Below, piece after piece: positions 58,001 to 64,000 of a stretch of 64,000 nt of DNA. The translations under genes were made by a program, and so were the position numbers. Each line of letters starts with the position of its first letter. Position 1 is the first letter of the stretch. The stretch lies in the NCBI GenBank assembly GCA_020137815.1, contig CM035351.1:2356001-2420000 (forward strand). Reading direction: 5' to 3'. The notes beneath the pieces are model-generated. The model did not search any database. It was not told the origin of the DNA and was given only the letters and a program-made list of their open reading frames with translations. Origin of the DNA: Hormiphora californensis. Lineage: Eukaryota > Animalia > Ctenophora.

Positions 58001-61000
58001 ATACCGTACCAGTTCCGGGTGGTCCTTGAATCAGAGAGAGGGGTTTGTTTAGGACCTGCCTCACTGCGTACACTTGGGAGTGATTCAACTCAGGTAGACC
58101 CGGAACAGTATATCTCTTGGGATTACTAGCCTTGATCGTCTGCTCTGTCTCAATCTCGTGTCCAAGGAGTCTGTGGTACAGGAACGCGGACACACTTGTC
58201 TCGTCTACAGCAAACGTCTGGGAAAAAAAGGTGAAATTCAGACTTATTTGCCCCTTTTTGAAAAGTTCTGTCTGTGTTTGCAAATAAATTAGTGTTCACA
58301 GGTGTTTGACAAATAGAAATGTTTACCTTGAGAGATGCGAGCATACGGTCAAAACTAGTTGGCTTCCATACAAAGTCGACCGTGAAGTTCCGTGTACACT
58401 CAGTAGGTACATCTGACATTCCTTTGAGCTCAAGACCCACCTCCTCTCCAAATGAGTTGGGGATCTTAATCACGTGACCTTCGTCCGTCCAGGGCTTCCT
58501 CAAATCACCTGGTGGGAAATGGGTTAAATAGGGACAGAGCAAGATAAATCGGGGAAATAGAATTGGGATTTTAGAGACTTTGGGGGAAGGTCAAGGCGGA
58601 TATTATATGAGTTAGTTCTGGATGGATGGATTCATCTACAATAAACTGGGATTCTAAACAGATTCGACTAACCAGAGTACCGGAGTCTCAGTTCGTCTCC
58701 CTGCATGATCCTCATCTCACCATCCTGTTTGGGCAGTGCAAAGTAGGCAATCCACCGCTTATTCAGACCTCTATCCCACCTGATCACAATGTTGTCCTGG
58801 CTCTGGCTCTCCTTCAATTTCCGGTCATAGTCCGCTTCCATCTTAACGAGGGGAGCAAATACATTCTGGTACTGGTAGGCGTCCTCGTATCTCAGCATCA
58901 CTGCCTGGGGGTCCTCATCTATCCCTGGTTTATCCAGATCCTCCACAGTCTTTGCAGGGTCCTCCTTCCACATCTCCTCCAACTTGTTGATCTGGGCAGC
59001 GGTGATCTGCCTCACACGGAGTTGCTCCTGTTCCGTGGGGATCTTTACCAGCCAGGGAAGGAAGGATCGGTCGTTGATGAGGGGCTGCCATTGGGTCTGG
59101 TCCCAGTTCATGTCTTTGAGGGAGGTCTGGGCAGCACACGGCTGTCGGCACAGCAGAACGACTACACTGTCGGCCTTGGCGGGGATAAATCCTAGCAGGA
59201 AGACGTTCCTGCAGCCGCAGTTGTAGCACTCCAGGATGGTCTCACCCAGGGGTCCATCCATGTGTAGGGTTACCTGGTGGGTGAGAGAGAGGGAGGATGA
59301 AGAGAGGGGGATATGGAGGAGGGAGGAAAGAGATAAGGAGGGAGGAAAAATGATCCGAACGATGTCATTGCTATGGCAAAAGAAAGCATCAAAACTCGAC
59401 AAAGAAAACATCCAATTAATACCTCCTTGTGTTTGCTTCTAACAAGATGGTTGATGATGTGGGAGCCGCTGGTTGAACCCCGACCATTACAGAACCATTT
59501 CTTGCAGCTGTTACAGAGAACCACACTGGCAGGATCATGGATGTTGCAGTAGCTGCAGGCGTGGGAGGGAAGCTCCTAGAAGGGGGGGAGGGGGTTAGAA
59601 ATAAAGGAGGGGATTGGGAATCAAGGAGAGAGAGAGAGATGGGGGATAAAGAGTGAGTTGAAGAATTACCTTGACACATGGCGAATCATCCTCATCCCGT
59701 TCATCGAATGCCAGTGCACTAATTCCATTGACAGCCTCCTTCAAGTCCCCACCTGTACCACCTGTACCGGTATCTGACTGGCTGGGCTGGCTTTGTGTCT
59801 GGCTGGGCAAGGTGAAATCTGTGAATCCCACAAACTCACTGGCCTGGGTATCAGCCCCATAGTCGTGTTCCTCATTATCAAAGAAGGTGAGCGTCTGGGA
59901 AGACGGACCGTAACTTTCCACACCTGTGGGAATGATAGAGGAGGGGTCAGGCAGGGTTTGGGATTTGATCAGGCAGGGTTGGGGATCGGGCATGGGGAAT
60001 TGGGCCGGGAGGGGCTAGAGCTGAGAGAAAGAAGAAAGCTTGGCTATAGAGTTTAAGTATTATAGACGGCAGGATATGACAAAGAGAGTAGTGAGATAGC
60101 CGCCTAGGACGTGCATGACAGTTGGCCCCCCTCAGGAAAAGAAGAAGAACGGATCTGAGCTGAGGGGAAATGTCTGCTGGCACAAATGTGGGTGCGTTGT
60201 ACTTTGCACACAGATCTCGCAATTAGAGGGTGGTATTTTAGCAGCGCGCCACCGCGCGTCACATACACGCACGTGGAGAGGAGAGTAGCGGCAAACTGCT
60301 ACTGCAGAAAATGAGAGAGAAAGGTTCAGTATCACTATCACAACTATTATTATGATTACTGTCAATGATTGGGTACAATGGAGGAGGAACACACCCTGAT
60401 ATGTACCTAATACGTGGGAGGGGAGGGGCAGGGGGTCTACAGCAGCTATATGATTACAAGAAGATCTAAACAGACACTGGAAGATACAACGCAACGGTTC
60501 CTGATGAACATATATCGCCTGAACAACCTTCTATCCAAATTGGGTTTCTAAAACAGTCTTACATACTAATTGGTTTGTCTCAAGACTCAAGTAATTACTA
60601 ACTGATGTTCAATGGAAATGACATCAGAGAAGAAGAATGTAAAACTGAGGTGACCTCATCTCTGTCTCCCACACACACACACAAATGGGACCTTACAATG
60701 AGTTGTTATAACATTCAGACCGTGGTCATGGGATTTACTTGTACAGTCGGACCCCGATTTAGTGACATGCTCGGGGGAAAGGGTTTTGTCCACTAAATCA
60801 GGGTGCCACAGAACTGAGAACGTCAGTATACTTAACAGTAAGTATGAACGGTCCAAGAATTGCTATCTGTTGTGTATGGAGACATTATCACCCAGTGCAG
60901 TGATACTATTGGTAAAAAGAAGCTTTTAAATTCCCCATCTATTTTATAGATGGGGAACATAAAAGCTAGATTCTAATACTTATTACTTATCAGAATCTAC

Positions 61001-62088
61001 ATGCTTTTGGCCCTCTTTTATAAACATAACGGTATAGTACGATATGATCTTTAAAGGCATTAGCAGACTACCATCAATGTCTAGTACTAGAACAATGAAC
61101 ACAGTCAAACCAGTGGGGGTGTGAAAATTAGGAATTAGGAAAAATAGCACACCCCTGCAGGGGAGGAGGAGGAGGACTGGAACTAAAAACCCATATTGGT
61201 CCAATCATATACAAACCGAACAGACAACCACACGAGACAGTACAGTACAGCAACACGAGACAGTACAGTACAGCAACACGAGACAGTACAGTACAGCAAC
61301 ACGAGACAGTACAGTACAGCAACACGAGACAGTACAGTACAGCAACACGAGACAGTACAGTACAGCAACACGAGACAGTACAGTACAGCAACACGAGACA
61401 GTACAGTACAGCAACACGAGACAGTACAGTACAGCAACACGAGACAGTACAGTACAGCAACACGAGACAGTACAGTACAGCAACACGAGACAGTACAGTA
61501 CAGCAACACGAGACAGTACAGTACAGCAACACGAGACAGTACAGTACAGCAACACGAGACAGTACAGTACAGCAACACGAGACAGTACAGTACAGCAACA
61601 CGAGACAGTACAGTACAGCAACACGAGACAGTACAGTACAGCAACACGAGACAGTACAGTACAGCAACACGAGACAGTACAGTACAGCAACACGAGACAG
61701 TACAGTACAGCAACACGAGACAGTACAGTACAGCAACACGAGACAGTACAGTACAGCAACACGAAACAGTACAGTACAGCAACACGAGACAGTACAGTAC
61801 AGCAACACGAGACAGTACAGTACAGCAACACGAGACAGTACAGTACAGCAACACGAGACAGTACAGTACAGCAACACGAGACAGTACAGTACAGCAACAC
61901 GAGACAGTACAGTACAGCAACACGAGACAGTACAGTACAGCAACACGAGACAGTACAGTACAGCAACACGAGACAGTACAGTACAGCAACACGAGACAGT
62001 ACAGTATAGCAACACGAGACAGTACAGTTCAGCAACACAAAACAGTACATTATACAATATATTGATGCGGCTTACCGGCGCTTGTCAT
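53351..62088 (-). CDS. UPF1: Regulator of nonsense transcripts 1 (NMD helicase), multi-exon
   Basis: 13-nt first coding exon 62088-62076 (MTSA-G) joins [13 protein letters not shown]; CH domain [10 protein letters not shown]; GPPGTGKT; DESTQ; [10 protein letters not shown]; [10 protein letters not shown]; SQ-rich tail [12 protein letters not shown]. Confidence 0.96.
55695..56015 (+). CDS. TXN: Thioredoxin (intronless), nested antisense in a UPF1 intron
   Basis: 106 aa; [15 protein letters not shown]; FKVDVD; ISCMPTF; lies in UPF1 intron ~54576-56186. Confidence 0.95.
   Translation: MPEQLETYGEFENTVLKASADKLVVVDFWATWCGPCVRFAPTFGKMAEEMTDVLFFKVDVDKNTQASEYAEISCMPTFKIYKAGKCLDTIEGANEAKLRASITKHK
60744..60810. 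mobile_element. Tc1/pogo(Tigger)-like MITE terminal fragment; related fragment at ~15165-15238
   Basis: TA|CAGTCGGACCCCGATTTA; reverse-orientation match taaatcagggtccgactg ending at 15238. Confidence 0.5.
61230..62050. repeat. 23-bp minisatellite (~35 copies) in UPF1 intron 1
   Basis: cacgagacagtacagtacagcaa repeated; accounts for the four long repetitive ORFs here. Confidence 0.97.
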
Positions 62089-62339
62089 TGTGTTTCCAAA
62101 CTTCTCCTCAGTGGTTCATATCACCTAGCAGCGGAGGGGATTGTTATGTAATATGTTGTTTGTCATGTCATGATCGAGCAAGCGGAGGGGGTTGGAGCGG
62201 AGGGGAGAATTAATCTCGTTTCGGCGAAAATACCTAAAATAAAATGAAATGAATAATCAAATAACAAAATAAATGAAACGTGATGTTTATTGTACTTTAT
62301 TATGTTACAGGGCCCAATAATTGAAATCATAAATCCAAC

Positions 62340-63982
62340 AATTGCATTCCAAGTGTACAACTATAGTCTATACATGCAACAGCCAAGCATCAAAGCAGTA
62401 AACCGGACCTTTCAAATAAATAATATAACAGTAGGTATTATGCATCATTCATTGCCTATCAAATATGAATATTTTCCACCATCCCCAATTATAACATGCC
62501 TGTATTTCTTCTTAAAATCCTTACTAATAAACTTGCACTTTACCAAACTAAGACGCTTGAGATTCATTAGATTATCCATTAAAAACAGGCAATCTTCTTC
62601 CGTAACGTCTGTCTAGTGAGAGAGGTCCGAATTCGAGATACGGCGGGAACTTAATTTCATCTGACTCATAATCTCTGTCGTATGATATGCTAAGGTGTTT
62701 TAAGTTTTTACAGTGCTGAACCAAGTGTGGCATTATTTGAATCAGTGGTCAAATAAACAGTTCTTCTTCCCATTTAGTCTCATCTATACTCTCACCCCAG
62801 TTCATTGTTACACTCTCGAGATTCGGTGCTTTTCGCAAAAAAATCTCCAAAAGGTTTTTGTCACGACTTAGGTTCCTTCCAGTTTTAGTATTTTGATACC
62901 AGCATACGGAGGTACATACTAATTCTCTCAACGAAGTCAATCGAATGTCATCACGCTCCTCTATTTGAACGTAATTGGTTTTAAAGTTCGTGAGCGTGTC
63001 TTGAAACTTGGTAAGAATATCAGTCATCATGGGTACATTCTGTATGGCCAGATGAGTCAAACTTCTGTTCTCTACTTGGAGAAGAAACTCGCCTGATAGA
63101 TTGTCCCGTTTCTGTATATCCCAAATCAAGCTTCCTTAGATTAGGGAGTTTAGACAAAACCATCTTAAGGAGTTTGTCATCTGGGTCCGGCTCAATTTGT
63201 AGAAAACTAAGTGCTTCTATATTAGGCGGTGGACTCTCAAACAGGAACTTCATATACTGTTTATTCATTGATCTACCTTCCCTTAGTACACGTTCGAAAC
63301 AGGTTCCAAATTCGACTTCCCTCAGCGATGTACATGGGAAGATTTTAAAACGTAAGAGTCCTAATAAGAAAGTGTTTAAACTACCTGTAATATTTATACT
63401 TTCAACTTTTTGTCGAGATTTCAGAACCATGAATTCTGCCAATTTTTCACTGACAATATCCTCCCACTCATCCGCCACATTCCTATTCCCATTGGCATCA
63501 ATTTCACCGACATTGATACGCAATGACCTGCCCAACCTAAACATCACACTATCAGCAATCCTCTTCCAACGATGACATACAGCAGAATATTGAGCAAAGG
63601 CACGGTAACGACCACTAACAATATCATCATTTGATTCCAACAAAATCCTTTCGAGAATCTCATCTGGAAGGCAATCGATGGTTGTAACGTTTCGTACTGC
63701 TACGTCTTTTTCTACCTTCCTTCGTTTAGTTATGGGTTCATCAGCCTTGCTCGACCCTCTCTCACCGTGTTCATCAATCTCACAAGGTTCATCAATCCAG
63801 GGGGCGTGAAAGCACCGGGGACAGATTCAATTCTCAATACTCTGGACCATTGTGGTAGTCAGGCCACGCAGGGAAACACAGGAGGCGTGAAAGTTCTGCA
63901 AACATGAGGTACACCTGATTTCCACCTGATGTTCTAGGATCTTCGAGCCACAGGGACAGTAATTGTCATCGTGGTATGACAT
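62340..63982 (-). pseudogene. PHD-finger + F-box + LRR-like gene, intronless, with an in-frame TGA and frameshifts (pseudogene or assembly error); 3' end approximate
   Basis: tttacag|aATG MSYHDDNYCPCG..IRCTSCLQNFHASCV..EN*ICPRC; then TTIDCLPDEILERILL..AVCHRW; LRR-like LSKLPNLRKLDL and APNLESV. Confidence 0.7.
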
Positions 63983-64000
63983 TCTGTAAAGAGTTTTGAT

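Noticed and set aside
61128-62065. Four 269-309-aa repetitive ORFs (Cys-rich or QYST-rich)
   Set aside because: These are translations of a stop-free 23-bp minisatellite in UPF1 intron 1.

Overview
Eukaryotic animal genomic DNA, gene-dense, with short GT-AG introns and many (GA)n tracts. A ctenophore (comb jelly) origin is inferred from an SL-like leader, nested genes and gene style, but is not proven. About 15 genes are supported: the 3' end of a serpin with two alternative reactive-centre-loop exons, an SLC35G/EamA transporter, an acyl-CoA dehydrogenase, a multi-PDZ protein, ASCC2, an AADAC/NCEH1-like lipase, a class A GPCR with a same-strand nested BTB gene, an orphan ORF, SGSM1/2, PEX10, RTF1, CCDC33-like, UPF1 with a nested antisense thioredoxin, and a PHD-F-box-LRR gene. 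The centre (38.2-46.8 kb) is an L2/CR1-group LINE whose 5' end resembles a ctenophore spliced leader and whose ORF1/ORF2 junction carries an A_AAA_AAC -1 slippery site. Three elements are nested in it: a MITE, a head-to-tail dimer of a highly base-paired 489-nt unit, and a 2.5-kb non-coding composite retroposon (tandem 457-bp promoter-like monomers, 51-bp VNTR, poly(A), 14-bp TSD, extra 5' G). Other mobile DNA includes a palindromic Penelope-like fragment with minimal hammerhead motifs, a non-autonomous Helitron, a 1-kb foldback and several MITEs. Many conserved genes contain single-base frameshifts that probably reflect assembly error. All calls were made by eye; no searches or folding programs were run.
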